Source: Basidiobolus meristosporus CBS 931.73
Lineage: Eukaryota > Fungi > Basidiobolomycota
Assembly (NCBI GenBank): GCA_002104905.1
Contig: MCFE01000057.1
Span: 131,529-195,528 of the forward strand
Length of the DNA: 64,000 nucleotides
Direction: 5' to 3'
Positions 28,601 through 43,137 of the stretch are shown one piece after another. The translations under genes and the position numbers were made by a program. The notes under the pieces are model-generated. The model was not told where the DNA came from, made no database searches, and saw only the letters and a list, made by a program, of their open reading frames with translations. Position 1 is the stretch's first letter, and every line of letters starts with the position of its first letter.

Positions 28601-31357
28601 GGCGATCTACTCTTTCCAATGCAGATCAGCATGGTTTGTGATGGGTATGATGGCCCGATCGATCCAGCGGTAGTTATGAACAACTACACCGATGTGAATC
28701 ACAAGTATCACGATTTCCGTTATCACGTAATGGGGAACCAAATGACCAACTTCTATCAACACAATGTGATGGCATTCATGCGTGCCAAATATCTAGAGGG
28801 ACAAATGGCCTATTCTACCCAAACCGTACGTGATTTTGGGCGAAAGGGAGAGTTCTGGGCCATCCTCGACAACATGGTGTATGATTTGACTGCTTATGTT
28901 AACGGGCATGTGGGAACTCTATTCCCACCTGGAGCGCAGACGCCCAGGGTGAACACTCAGTTTCTGGATCCGTACCTAGTTGATTTGTTTAGGTACAACC
29001 TCGGGAGCGATATTACACATCGGTTCAATAATTTGTACCTCGATAAACCCGAACTTAAGCAGAAGATGAAGGTTTGTCTTCAGAACTTATTCTACAAAGG
29101 AGTTGTCGATACCCGAAACTCGCCACAGTGCAAGTTCTCGAATTACATCCTGCTGGCATGTACGATCTTCTTGGGCTCGGTGATCTTCTTCAAGTTCTTG
29201 GCCGCTCTGCAGCTTGGTTCTCGCCGTGAGCCCGAGGAACACGATAAATTCGTCATTTGCCAGGTGCCCTGTTATACCGAGGGCGAGGAATCCCTGAAAA
29301 ACACCATCGACTCGCTAGCCGTATTGAAATATGACGACAAACGAAAGCTACTTTTCATCATTGCCGATGGTATGATTATTGGTGGTGGTAACGACAAGCC
29401 CACGCCAAGAATTGTGCTGGATATCCTAGGTGTGGACGAAAGCGTGGATCCCAAACCAGTTGCCTACAAGGCCCTTGGTGAGGGAAACCAACAACTGAAC
29501 ATGGCCAAGGTTTATACCGGTCTGTACGAATGCTCAGGACACGTAGTGCCATTCATGGTGGTCGTCAAGGTCGGAAAGCCCAGTGAACGCTCCAAACCTG
29601 GAAATCGTGGCAAGCGTGACTCGCAGCTTATCATCATGAATTTCTTCAACAAGGTCCACTTCGACCGACCAATGTGTCCTTTGGAGTTGGAGATGTACCA
29701 CACGCTGAAGAATGTCATCGGTGTCGATCCATACTTCTACGAGTATGTCCTCATGGTGGATGCCGATACCATTGTCATGCCCGATTCTCTCAACCGAATG
29801 GTGTCCTGTATGCTCAACGACAGCAAGATCATGGGTATTTGCGGTGAGACGGAGTTGTTGAACGGAAAGGCCACCATCACCACCATGATTCAGGTCTACG
29901 AATACTTCATCTCTCATCATCTGGCCAAGGCTTTCGAATCCCTCTTTGGCTCGGTCACCTGCTTACCCGGTTGCTTCTCCATGTATCGTTTCCGAACTCC
30001 GGTTAAGGCGCAGCCCTTGCTGATCGCCGATTGCATTGTCAATGATTATTCCGAGAACAAGGTGGACACTCTTCACAAAAGGAATCTGTTGTCGTTGGGT
30101 GAGGATCGTTACCTGACCACGCTAATGTTGAAGCACTTCAACTACAACAAGATGACCTTCACACCGGATGCCAAGTGCAAGACCAACGCCCCAGATCAGT
30201 GGTCGGTCCTACTCTCCCAGCGTCGTCGTTGGATCAACTCCACGGTTCACAACCTGTTCGAATTGGTGTATCTACCCAGACTCTGTGGTTTCTGCTGTTT
30301 CTCTATGCGCTTTGTGGTCATGATCGATCTTATCTCCACGATGATCATGCCCATTCTATGCATCTACCTGGGCTACCTGATTTACTCCATTTGCACCGAC
30401 ACTTCCAACCTCCCACTCACCTCAATTATCCTGCTTGCCGCTATTTATGGCCTCCAGGTGATCATTTTCCTTGTCAAGCGACAATGGCAACACATCGGCT
30501 GGATGATCGTCTACTTGATCTCCCTTCCCATTTTCAGTTTCTTCCTTCCGGTTTATTCCTTCTGGCATTTCGATGATTTCTCGTGGGGTAATACCCGTGT
30601 GGTTGTCGGGGAATCCGGAAAGGTCGCGCACGTCGCGACGGAGGAGAAGTTTGATCCTGCTAGCGTTCCTCTGAAGAAGTGGAGCGAGTATGAGCTGGAG
30701 AATTGGGAGATTGCCTCGCAGATGTCTGACTCCAAAGATTCTAGAGTGATTGGCTCCATGCACTCCGAGAACCGTAGCAGAAGCCAAATCTCCCGAGTAT
30801 CTCGCGCGGACGCACCATCGCCATATCAAAGCATGTCGACCCTGCCTAGGTATGGCTTCCCTGCGGAAGCATATTCTTCAAGGAACAATTCCCGCGAGAG
30901 ATCCATGTCCCCAGGCTATGCAGGCCTGCCAAGATCCATGAGCCGTGCGACGTCCTATGATCGCGCCCCCAGCTCGAATCCCTACTCCACCGTCAATTCA
31001 AGCTCAGATATGAGGTTGCCAGTCAGAAGCTTCAGCTCATCGTCTTTGAATCCAAATAACCCATTCTCCAACTATAACGGGGCCGCTATTCCTCCCGAAG
31101 CTGGGGAGTCTTATTTCCCAGAGCCGCAAGTGAATGTGTACCCAGCCTCCAATCCAAGCACCCCGGGCATTCCAAACCTTCCCAGTGACGAGGAGATCCT
31201 GCAAGAGGTCCGCACAATCCTATCTACGGCCGATCTAATGTCTATCACCAAAAAGCAAGTCCGTGATGAATTGACCCACTTCTTTGGAGTGGACATGACC
31301 ATCCGAAAGGAGTATATCAACAACTGCATTGATATGATACTTCAAGGGCAACTGTAA
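25675..31357 (+). CDS. Class V chitin synthase (myosin motor + cytochrome b5-like + GT2 + DEK-C)
   Basis: P-loop GETGSGKST after the intron, NPNASRFG switch I, GNRGKRDSQ, LMVDADT, TCLPGCF, GEDRYLT, QRRRW and C-terminal PSDEEILQEVRTIL...KKQVR. Confidence 0.96.
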
Positions 31358-31767
31358 TGTGTATTTTTCATTGTTTAATCTAGTCACCTCCTTGTCTTAT
31401 AGATTCTTATTATAATCAAAATAAACACCCTTCCATCACGATGTAGCATTTGTGTAGCATTTGGCCAGGCTTTGTCTGAAGGTATTCTTATTCTAGTCTT
31501 GGGATTAGGTGGGTGGATCTCAGCTTCGATGATGAACAATTAAATACTCAACGACTCAAAAAAGTAAAGAAAAAATTTACAGTGAAAATTGAGATTATAG
31601 CGTAGCGAATGGGAAGCACTTGAGATGGGATGTATGTGAAAACCGAAATAACGAAAACCGATTAATTTACAAGCAAAATAGAGGAAAGTGGGGTGCTGTT
31701 GGTAGGATAGGGTGAGTGGGATGGGCGATAGTACATGCGTCTGCGCAGAAAGCTGGTCAAGCAGAAT

Positions 31768-34700
31768 CTAATTTAAGGTACCGCGACAATGTTTCGAGCC
31801 GCAGAGGCAGGGGATCTTGTCGTCTTCAATGGGGAATTTATAGTCGTATGTGATTTCTTCGCCTTCTTCAATGTCTCGCTTTGCGTAAATCACAATCTTC
31901 TTCTGGCCATCCACAGAGATGACTTTCGCATTGCAGTTGGGCTAATCAAAGGGTTTGCGGTCAATACGGATGTTATGAGCAACAATGATCAGCAACCATT
32001 TACTTACCGTGCAGCAATGGTTGATAAATCGGGCAATGTTCCCCATCTTTGTAGCATCGAATTACTGTATCCTCATCCACTCGAAACAAGTAGCTGCTTC
32101 CGATACCAGAACGCTCGTAGATCTTCTCTCGATGATCGGCGACTTTCTGTCGAATTATCTCCCCAATGTACTCTATCACCATGTCGTTCGCTTCGATCTT
32201 CTCCATGGCAAACAATCCCCAGTCATGAATAGGCGATTTAGCAAATTTGAGTTGCTTCTTGCGGACCTTGAGCTGGTTGAACTTGAACGTGTCCGAGTCC
32301 ATGTTGGCTGATTTCTTGTGCAACTCCATGAGTCTTCGATGGTTGACACGGTTCATTCTTGATGTTACTTTCGATGTCCCGTTGGTACAGAATATCGCTT
32401 CTTGTTTTTGTGGTAAATACACTGATTTGGCTTCGGTCGGAATTCTATAAAAGCCCTCAGTTCTTGCGCTCCCGGTTGTATGAACTGGAAGCAGGCCTAA
32501 ACAAGAGAGCCCATGCCCACTTAACTCGTTGATCTGTAAACCATACGCTCAACATAGCCTTACCTTTCTTGCGCTCCATTTCCAACTCATCCATAGCCGC
32601 TTTGCTCTTCTGCTCGTCCTCCCTAGCTTTGATGTTCTCCGCTTCAGAATGGTTCGGCTCTTGGTCACTCTCGTCGCTGTTGGGTCGTGTGCGCTTTCGT
32701 CCGACTTGGTTGTTGGGCCTCTTTCGTACACTTCGAGACTCCAACGGGCCGTGATCTGATTGTTCATCACTGGAATAGGTAAACTTGACAGAGTGGCGCT
32801 TTCGGATTGGCTTTCTTCTTTCGTTTTGAATATCACGACTTCTGCTGCCTCTTTCTTGGGCTTCCGATCTGATGGACTGCGAACGAGAGCGTGATTTCGA
32901 TACCTCATGGGTCGAGCTATCCGAGGAATAATGTACGGAAGGCTTGCCTCGAGATTCTTTACGAACACTGCGTGTCTGACGCTTCTTGCGCGAGCGGCGT
33001 TCGTAATCAGAATAGTCGGCGTCCGATAATTGATCTTCCGAATCACCCGTGTCCGAATGACGAGAGCGCTTACGAAGCTTATTCTTCGTTTTGGATTCCC
33101 TTTCAGAAGCAGAATCCGAATAGTCCAGACTGCGTTTGCGACCGCGTCGTTTAATAGGGCGGCGGTGTGGCTTGTGCTTGGAAGGATGCTCAGGATCGGA
33201 ATCATCAGAAACAATGAAATCATTTCGGTCGCTATCCGAGGTATCGGTGTCTTTGTCCCGATTCTCCTGTAACTCTCGCAAGAATTTGTCGTGGTCCCCA
33301 CCATCATCCTCGGTACTACTCAAGTAGTCGCGTAATCTCTTCTGCTGCAGTTTGCCCTCCACCTTCGCACCACTGGACTTGGCTACTTTCTTCCGCTCAG
33401 CTAACACGGAGCTTGCTGAAAGAGAGGACTCGCTGTCACTGTAATGTCTCGAGTCTTTTTTGATTGATCGGCTAGGCTTGCTCTCTGAGGGTTTCCTTGC
33501 GTCGTCTGAATCATATTTGTGTGAACGTTTTGATTTGTCCGCTCGACTGTGTCGGGTGGGCATCATTCTTTCCCCTGACGATGAGGTTTTTTTCTTGAAC
33601 CGAGGAAGACTGGCTATCCACGAGGACATGGCAGCAACCGGCTCGTTTTCTTTGCATGCAATGGTGAGGCCGCCACCGGTCAGATAAGAGAACGTACAGC
33701 GCAACAGAAGCTATTTAATCTTACCTTTAGCATTGAATTTGGCAATATCAGTGAAGTTATTTTCGTTTTTGACTCGAGCCGTGGGGTGCTGCTGTTCAGA
33801 AGCTCTTGAATTGGTAGGCATGGCCTTTTTGCCAATCAGACCGTTCTCCCGTTCGACGGATGGGGATGGCTCTCCTTTGGAGTTCAACGAATCAGCACGA
33901 GTGCTGGATCGTCGAGAATTACCTTCTGGCTTGATGAAGTCATACATCAATGGGCTGATGACTCGGCTACGCAGGTCTTTCATGAAGACTTCGCATAGAT
34001 CCTTGATGAGTAGGTGAATGGTACGCTTGGTGAGCTCCGCCTCATCCGCGACATCTTCGTTATAAATGTCTCTTTTGACCGGTTCTTGAGCGGGCTGTTC
34101 AATCTTTTTTGGTGGGGCGTTGCTTTCGGCCGTCCATTCCTTCTTCTCAGGTGGTTGTGAACTCAAGAAGCTGTCGTCTTTGATGCCCTGATATGCTAAG
34201 TGCAACTTGTATCCCATGATGCTTGTTTGATCCATAGCAGTCTGGCATCTCCGAGCTCGCTCTGCTGAAGAGAACTGTATGTGCCATCGATTGGTATCGA
34301 AATAAATCTGCAGAACGTCAATCTCTATTGTATCTATGTTACAAGAGAATACGCCAAAGCAATACCTTATCCGGGCCGAATCTATCAAAATTTTTCTTGA
34401 CCTCTTCTAGAGATATTTCGGGGTACGGTAGATGTGACCGTGATATAGTAAGGCACGGCTTGAGAAGCTCAGGCAACCCTTCAAAGGGCAGCTCCTAAGG
34501 TGAATTCAGTTAGCTTGCTCCACTCTAATCAAAAGCGTGGGATTAACCATTACCATAAACCTAGATACGTGCCCGACTGGACTCATTGACGGAACAGGCG
34601 CTGCTGGCTCTCTATGCCAATGATCACCCCCGTGTCTATCACGCCACTCCGATGGTCGCAAGGGGGCTTTGGAATTGGCACCCCCGATGGGGGAATTGGT

Positions 34701-35930
34701 GTGATGGGTACCCAACAGGCGCGGCTGGATACCTTGAATAGGCTTTAGATTCATCAGATGTTATGCTGCGTTGGTCGAAAGAATCATTCCGAGATCGATG
34801 TCTAACGCCAACATCATGGTCCTCGGGAATTGCACCCTCCTCATCATCCTCGATCTCCCCATCCTCCATTCCGGATCTATTTGAGTTTGACTTACGCTCG
34901 GGGACAGATCCTCCTAAAAGATGTTGCTCCTCCGCCCCAGCAGAGTTAGAAGACATCGCATGGTGACTGCTGTAGCTTCCAGACCTCGAATGAGCGGTCC
35001 CTCTAGATGGGAAAATCTGCGACTCACCAGACCGAGGGCCGCCGGAGTCTGTAGGATACGGCTGCTCTGCGTGAATGATGGGTGAAGCCCCTTTACTTTC
35101 TTGGAATAGATGCTTGGTAGCATTTTCAACCGCTTCCTGCATCTTCGTTCCTATATCAAACTGGTTGAGACCACTGACTTGAAAACATGACATAAACAAG
35201 GAGATATCAACCATCATCATCCAATTCAACTTTCACAATCGAATCACCTATCCTCCGACCGTTCCCTAGCTGCACTGCCCTCTTTGCCGCAGCGCTTGCG
35301 GCCCCTCCATGGCTTCCGCCGTCTTCAAACATTACTCTGGCAAGACCCAGACTGGCGCCTGTTATAGGACACATTTCTAGATGCACGTCAACAACCCCGC
35401 CATACGTCGAGAAATAGGTGCGAATATGAGCAGGGGTGGTTAGCAGAGAGAGCTGGGAAACGAAAACCGAGCTCGGCGGAGGTGGGCCCACAGAATTTTC
35501 ATCATACTTGTGTTTCGAAGGGCATTAGAATGAAGGTTGTGGATACTGCATAACCTTGGAAAGCACAGCTACCTCGTACTTGATCGCCTTTAAACAGGGC
35601 AGATACTTCTTTCTGCCTCTGGAGGTCGCACGACCATAAGCGTTCATAGACTTCCGCGGATCACTCAATTTGATCGGCGGCTCCTATGTATTCAAAAGAT
35701 GGATACGTCCCGCGGATGAGTGTCTGAGCCAGTATATAATACATTTTGACCTGCAGCATACAAACCTTTGGTGCTACCTCTCCACAAAACCGATAGATCA
35801 CCTCATTTCCGGTCCGATGCTGAGAGGAGCTTAAAAAAGGATCGTATAGAACTTTCCAGTCACGTCTCTGTGAATGACCATTCGACGCGTCGGGGCGATT
35901 TGCAGCAATATGTTCAGACGTATGAGTAGC
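31768..35930 (-). CDS. SET1: Histone H3K4 methyltransferase Set1 (COMPASS); start codon uncertain
   Basis: N-terminal [11 protein letters not shown] ([28 protein letters not shown]), N-SET (RMNRVNHRR), SET ([31 protein letters not shown]) and post-SET ..CRGTLN*. Confidence 0.93.
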
Positions 35931-36792
35931 GCCGGGTTTCAGAGAACAGTATTCAGACTTTGAATCTGATTGAAAAAGATAACCATCGGTAACAAAGGCA
36001 TCAGATAACTGGTGTATGCGAAAGGTATATATTGAAAGTGTTGCATAATTGTGGACAAGTCGGAGCAGCAAGAACAGACAGAAAAAGAGAACTACAAAAA
36101 TGGTTCCAACCTGGCACTTCTTGAGGCATGCAGTATCGTAGGATAGACGTATGGGAATGGAAGGAAACTGATAGAGCAAATAAACACGATTGAATCCTCT
36201 AAGATACGTTATGAAGCCAGCTAACACTCGCGATATGCGTCAGCCCTATGCACTTCAAATGGGTAACACGAGCAACTTTGTCTGTTTAAGAACACGAGAA
36301 ATAGTGTAAATAATACCAGAAAAAGTAAACAGTGAAGCCTACAAGAACAACAGGTAGTTTCTATTTTGAAACGTATAAGTCCTGTAGTTTAAAGGGAAAG
36401 GAGTCTGCTTGTATTATTTGGTAGACTGATTCAAACTCACTAATATTTTAGTTATTGAAATTTTAATATCGGCTTGTTGATAGGGAAAAATCGGGGTATT
36501 ATTTGCAGAATCCCAGGTGGAAAGTGCACTAATAAGCCGGGATTAACTGTGGGAAATGGAATTCGATATTTTCAGGAGATGGATGCCAGCGTCCAATGAT
36601 GTTGGAGATGTGATCTACAGCCATTAAATAACTACCAGATTTTGACCTGGGGAGAAGGGGAGTAAGCAGGAAATTTTTCATGAAAATTTCGATTCAACTT
36701 CGAGTGAAGGTAGTTGGAATTTACTCGGACTCCTCTGTTGGTTGAACCAGTCCTTTCTTCTACAGCCTCAGTTTCTATTACCACCAAACACA

Positions 36793-37254
36793 ATGCCCCG
36801 TGTCCATGATGTTTGCTCTGCCATTCAAAACGGCTTCAGAGCTCGTTTGAAGCAAATCTCCCTGCCTGACACAAAAATGAACCTTGCCATTTCCCGCATT
36901 CTTTACAACCAAGGTTTCGTTTCCAGCGTTATGCGCGGTGACTACAATGGACCCAACGAGACCTATGTTCCCCTCACCGACGAGAACATCGCCACTCGCA
37001 GACTCTGGCTTGACCTAAAGTACAAGGATAACCAACCGGTTCTCCGACAAATTCAATGCGTTAGCAAGCCTTCCCGTAAGATTAGAGCCCAACTAGACGA
37101 GCTCAAGCTTCTTGCTAGTGGAAAGCGCTCGGGTATGCTCAAGCCCCTTCAGCCTGGTGAAATCATGATTGTCACCACACCATATGGCGTCCTCGAGCTC
37201 CACGAGGCTGTCGCCAAGAATGCTGGCGGTGAAATTCTCTGTCGTGCTTTATAA
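36793..37254 (+). CDS. MRPS8: Mitochondrial ribosomal protein S8
   Basis: MPRVHDVCSAIQNG..ILYNQGFVSSV..RRLWLDLKY..VSKPSRK..GGEILC. Confidence 0.9.
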   Translation: MPRVHDVCSAIQNGFRARLKQISLPDTKMNLAISRILYNQGFVSSVMRGDYNGPNETYVPLTDENIATRRLWLDLKYKDNQPVLRQIQCVSKPSRKIRAQLDELKLLASGKRSGMLKPLQPGEIMIVTTPYGVLELHEAVAKNAGGEILCRAL

Positions 37255-37631
37255 CACTTGACATCTCTTATACTCTAGACCTTTATACTCTATCATTTCA
37301 TTCGCACTGCATCACGTCTATTTTGATGAATAAATTGACTCTTAACAGTATCCAGCATAGAACTGGTTATGCCGATGCTACTAGCACAATATCAATCCTC
37401 AGGAACAATTGATGGTCCATGGGATGTGCTTCTCTCAATACCATGAGGCGACATCCAGAGCCGAAGTGCTCCCCTAAATGAGCCGAGTTTATGAGCAGTA
37501 ATATGCCGATTTGCGCAATTTGACTATGAGCCTTATTAAAATAAATATTTTATTGGTCGGAGCCATCCTCTAAATTTTAGCCTAGTGAATAAGTTTTGTA
37601 AGCGATACGACAGACAGGCGCTTAGTTAACC

Positions 37632-40156
37632 ATGGACCCATATCTTCCCTCAGAAGAAGCACAACTTGCGTTCGAGGAGGAACCGGAGGAAGTAGACTTG
37701 AATGAACTTGAGCAAAGCCTTCAGGTTCCTAAGGAAGACTTCTACGGTGTTCTCAACGTGACACGCCGGGTATGAGTACACTTGCTTAGCAAGTAGATTT
37801 GCTTGAGACTTACCTGAGTTCTTTGCTAGGCTACTGAGGAAGAAATCAAAGATTCATATCGTAAATTATGTCGAACCTTCCATCCCGACAAGCATACCGA
37901 TCCTGAATTGCAGCAAATTGCTCAGTCAAGATTCCAAATAATTCAGAAAGCTTATGAGGGTATTTCTCCGCTGGTTTGTTTGCTTCGACTTAGCCACCAC
38001 AAAGCTAACCTTTCCTTGTTCTGAAGTCCTCACTGACCCCACTAAACGTGCTTCGTACGACAACTATGGAGAAGAGGGGCTCCGCTATACCTTTGAGCCT
38101 GGAACAAATTTCAACGATAGAAAGGAGGTAAGCAGCTTCTTTAAATCAGCTTCTGTTTTACCTTGCGGCTGGCTGATTGGGCTTTACCTAGATGGAGGAG
38201 GAGCAAGAGAAGTTAAAGCGAAAGAAGCGTGAGGAAGAAATCGAGAGTTTAATTAAAGTGAAGGTACAGTAGCACTAGATGCGAGGCTAGTCTAGCTTGA
38301 TTGATATAAACATGAAACCTCTGTCAAATAGAGCGAGATTTCTGTTCAAGCCAACGCTACTCCGCTGTTTGCCTTCCAGCCTAGCCCATTCAACGATCCT
38401 TCGCTGTTGAGTAGATTTAAGCAGTGTGGAGTGTCACAACTATACATGAAGCATACACTTCAGGTACAACGACCAAAACGAGGATCAGAGCCATCACATA
38501 AGAATTAACATGATGCTACTCACGATTAGACAAACATATTTGAGCAGACACAGGCTGGTGTCACTGCCACTATGCTATCCCGCAATTCCTTTGGAGGTGG
38601 AAATCTCACTGGTACTTTGAGGCACACATTTTCAGGTGCTTGCTGGGGTGAGGTAGGTGGATCTCTCCACTTGAAATTGAGATTGTTCATTAAGCAACCC
38701 AACCATCGCTATAGATCAGCACCACAGTTCTCAATCCTAGGGTGCTTCAAGGACGACTCTTCTATAACCTATCTCCAGACAGGTACTTAGCCATTGTCCT
38801 TGCGTTCCACATAGGTGCTAATGGTTCGTCATGTTATTGCTAGCTTCATCGACATTCATACCGTTGCCCAAACCACCAAGATACCTCCAAGCTTCTCCTT
38901 CACAGCTGGCCAGCGTGTTGGTGCCACTTCCACCGGTTACGTGGCATTCAAGTCGGGCCAGTATAGCCTTGGACCCTGGGGCCGCCAGATCGACCAAATG
39001 ATGCGCCGGGAATACTCATCATTTGCCATCGGGCTCGCAAACCGTGCGGAGAAGAGCGAGTATAACACCGAGCTTCAGGTAAGGTTTTGTCGATTCAGGC
39101 ATGCGGACGATTTCTTGAAGCAAATACCAACTCATGACCACCCCACAGATGGGACTTTCCGATTCGCATTTGACGTTCGACTACACCTACACACTCAACC
39201 CATCCTCAAAACTAAACGCCGCCCTTGTACTGTCCACTGGAGGACTTAACGTTGTTGTTGGTGGAGACAGTGAAGTGCACCCACAACACAAGGTTGGATT
39301 TTCGGTGGAATCGGGCATTCCCAGCGGAGTTACACTCAAGCTTAGGTTAGCATGGCATTCTGATCCATCGATGTCGGCGGTGAACTAACTCTTGCACAAC
39401 CAGATATACTCGCCCGAATCAACAAATCTTCGTGCCAATCATGATGACACCAGTCTTGAACCTCCGGGTGGCTTTGCTCAGTATCATGGTTCCCCTCTCG
39501 GCCGGTTATGCAATTGACAAGCTCTACCTTCAAGCCAAGAGAAAGAAGGAGGTTGAGGAGTAAGTAGACAGCCTTTGGATGTCCGTTTAATTTCATCCCT
39601 CTAAGCTAATTCCACTCTTTGTCCGAAAGGAAAATCAAAAATCTTCGCGAGTACCACGGGGCTTATCTTTCCGCGCGTAAACGAGATGCCTTAAGAGTGG
39701 TTAGCCTGTTGCAAAAAGCAGCGGCAGAGAAAACTCAGGAAGAAGAAGCTAAGAATGGGCTCGTCATTGTGAAGGCATTGTACGGGATATTCGATAAAGA
39801 ACACCCAGAATATGTGGCGGATGTTACGGTGCCATTGCAAGCTTTAGTTCACGAGTCACAGCTGATCATTGCTGGCGGCCATTCCAAGGTAATTGATTTG
39901 AGCATTTGACATATTTGACCTGGCCGTCCTTAACAATCTTTTAGTCCAATATTTCTGGCTTTTATGATCCTTGCTTCGGATCCCGTAAGCAACTGAAGAT
40001 TCTCTACAAGTTCAACAGAAGAATGCATTCAGTCGTCGTTGCGGACACCAGCCCGCTAGCTTGCCCACTAAGAGGTAACAACCAACATTTCTTTGCTTGT
40101 AATCAAGTCACTTACCCTTGCGCCCATCTCTAGCCCATCTTATCCATGATGCGTGA
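37632..40156 (+). CDS. DnaJ protein, DNAJC11-like (J domain + beta region + DUF3395-type C terminus), multi-exon
   Basis: DFYGVLNV..YRKLCRTFHPDKH..AYEVLTDPTKRASYD. C-terminal GLVIVKALYG..DVTVPLQALV..GFYDPC. Confidence 0.85.
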
Positions 40157-40370
40157 TCGCTTGATACTTAATTGGCTTTCTTAGCCTCCTAGTCTTCCTC
40201 TTTGCATTCATCATCACCCAAACCCAATCCCACTCACATACTCATTCTCATCCCCCTATTCCGAATCATGTCGCTTTTCATTGCAGAGCCCGTGACGTGT
40301 GCCACTCAAAATAAAAGGTTGACTGTGATGTACAGAAGCCATCAATTTATTCTGGATTTTTCAAGTGAAG

Positions 40371-40905
40371 TTAAAGCAAGGCAGCCCCATAACGAATACT
40401 CATTATCAAGCTAGCATGGTGATGGGATAGAAATCGAATTGGTAAATACAGCAATGAAATATTCCACCTCGATATGAGATACATACCTTAGAACTGTCAC
40501 TAGACCGGCGGGCATAAATTTCTGGCTCTTCGAGAAACGGAAGCCCATTAACGCTAGCAAGGCACCAGAAGTAACTAAGAGAGGAGCCGCATCATTAATA
40601 CGCTTGAGGCATCAAGGAAGTCTAGCTTCGGTGAACTCGGAACAGATACTTTACCAAGCGCCAAATAAACGTCCTGAGGGTTTTGGCTAACTCGGGTTGC
40701 AGCGTACGCCATTACGCCGCCGAAAGTAACCCCGGAAATTAAAGAGGCAACACTCCCTGTTAAATTCGGCAGGTTAGTCCTATTCATCCTCGCTGCTCTT
40801 GTGAGTATTCGAATGAGACAAGAACTTACCCGCCTTAATGAAACCTATTAAGCCACCCACTATTACAACCATAGCGTAAGCATAACCAGCAAAATCTTGA
40901 GCCAT
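40371..40905 (-). CDS. TMEM14-family small membrane protein (multi-exon)
   Basis: MAQDFAGYAYAMVVIVGGLIGFIKAG|SVASLISGVTFGG..|..RFSKSQKFMPAGLV. Confidence 0.85.
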
Positions 40906-42031
40906 TATTAGTCTTTGCAAACAGAGTAAGCAATACACCTTCAAGTGGATTCAAACAAATATACAATCATCCGTCGCACCATTATCGAATGTTGTATTTC
41001 AGAACGAATCTAATTACGATTAGTAATCCGCTCTACTCAAGAATACGCTATTTGTTTGGCATGTTTAGTAGATTGAGATGGAAGCTGCATGGATAATCCC
41101 GAAATCACTACATGAAGCTCTTCAGATTTGCACTGAACTCTACCTCAATATATGCTATCATCAAGCCAACCTTAATCTACCAATTATCTCTCGGAAAGCC
41201 ACCCCAATATGGTAACAGAAATATTTCAAGGAAACTTATACATGCTGTTAAACACCATAGTACTGCTATTTTTTGTTTTTTAGTGAACTGGTGTGATGTC
41301 TAACCTCGTACTGGCACTCCTGGATTGGTCACCAACAAAAGATTGGATTCTTCGCCTCACTGCGCACACGCCTCTGTTTACAGAATACTAGAGTGCACCT
41401 CCTGCCAACAGCGGAGCCATCCCTTGAGATGCTAGTGGTAGAGCATGCAATGTCGTATCGCCTAATCGCCCCTTTGTGCATCTGCTGATGTCCGGAGATG
41501 CCAGATGATGGAAAAGATAAGTGAGGTGCTTTCTTTCGCCGAGAAGCTCCATAGGCCTTGGGACGGGCATCTGGGAACCAACAATACTCGTCCACACCTT
41601 CCCCCTCCCCATCGATTTAGCTACAGTCACGCTATCCTCTACCTGATTTACCCGTGAAATCATTGCCAAGTGATCTCGATTCTGATGACAGGAGCCAAAG
41701 GACAACAAACGAGAGATTTTGCTGGTGGATAAGCCGAAAGTAGGTTATCTTCGCTCTTCGACATTTATTAATTTGGTAATAACCCCTTGAAGCCAATATT
41801 AATATGAAACCGAGTAGATATGGTGGAATATACATTAAAAAGTAGTGGTCGGGAACAATGAGTATCAAATGATCAAAACGATGATGTTGCTGGTTGAAAA
41901 TATGGGCTTCGCGGGAGTAAGGTACTATGTACATGATAGGTTTATAGAGGTGTGGTGTGGGGCGTGGCGCAGTGCGGCGAGGTGATGTGTTTTGATACAA
42001 TGTGTACGTATTAAGAGACACCCAAGGATAA

Positions 42032-42569
42032 TTACAGAATTGAAGTGACCGTACTGTAAGAGCTCATAATGCATACTAGCGTGTATATCATACCCCATAG
42101 GCAAGGCACCCAAGTGGACATCCGGAAGGACCCAGCGTTGTAGACGATCGCGAGTACTATACCTTACACCCAAAAGCAAAGAGATTAGCAAACCGGAAGT
42201 GCGCTCGATCTACTGAGAAGCCTGGATATACCTATTACTGAGCCACTGCAAAAGGCAGTGATGGAGCCAAGAAGTAGAAACGAGATGGGAATCAGGGGAG
42301 ACCATCGAGTACGCTGAATAGCAAAGAATGCCCAGACACCAAGAACCCCATGCACGACGCCTGAAAAAATCAAGGTCCAAACCATCGTGAAAATCCAAAC
42401 GTCTAAAGAAATCGGTTACTCCATCGTCGAAGAAAAACAATCAAGTTGAAGATAGTGTACCGTGCAAGTAATACAAGTAGGTTCCGCTAACATCTCCATT
42501 AAATGGCCAGTAGAGTGATGGCCAAGGCGGTCCAACATAACCCGGAGGTATGGAGGGAAGGTAGGACAT
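42032..42569 (-). CDS. TMEM170-like small integral membrane protein (multi-exon)
   Basis: MSYLPSIPPGYVGPPWPSLYWP..WTLIFSGVVHGVLGVWA..GSVIG|IVLAIVYNAGSFRMSTWVPCLW..YSTVTSIL*. Confidence 0.7.
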
Positions 42570-43137
42570 GGATTTGATAGCAGCAAGTATAAAGGATGGT
42601 ATTAATACATCGATGGCACATGATATATAGAATAGAAAATCAATTTTAATTCACACCCAAACATAGAATTGTTTATCCTTTGTATTCCCATTCTGATGAT
42701 TTCAGTCGATTTTGGATTTTCCAGAAGAATTACCAATGTTATCCAATGAAGATAATGCCGGTCAGCTACTTGAAAGAACCAAGTGTCAAGTGATGCGAGT
42801 CATGGTCAAAGTTTACTATGCTTTAGAATGGCGCAGAGCAAAGTTGGGAATTTTGCAGTTTCATGGAAGAGAGATGCATCCTTTTAAAATATTTTTATAT
42901 CTAGGGGGCATTTCGGGAGTATTTTGAGGGGATAGGTTACTGCCTAGATCTTCTACATGAAGGATTCATTTATTTAAGATGAAATAAATTAAACTCGAAA
43001 TCAACCAAAGTTCAGCATTCGAAGGCTAGCAAGTATGGATTATGTAAAATCATCACAGTGATTTAGATTGTGAAGTAAAAAATGTACTTTGAGATGATGT
43101 GTATAGTGTGTTGGTGTAAGTGGTTGTGTTTGCTTCT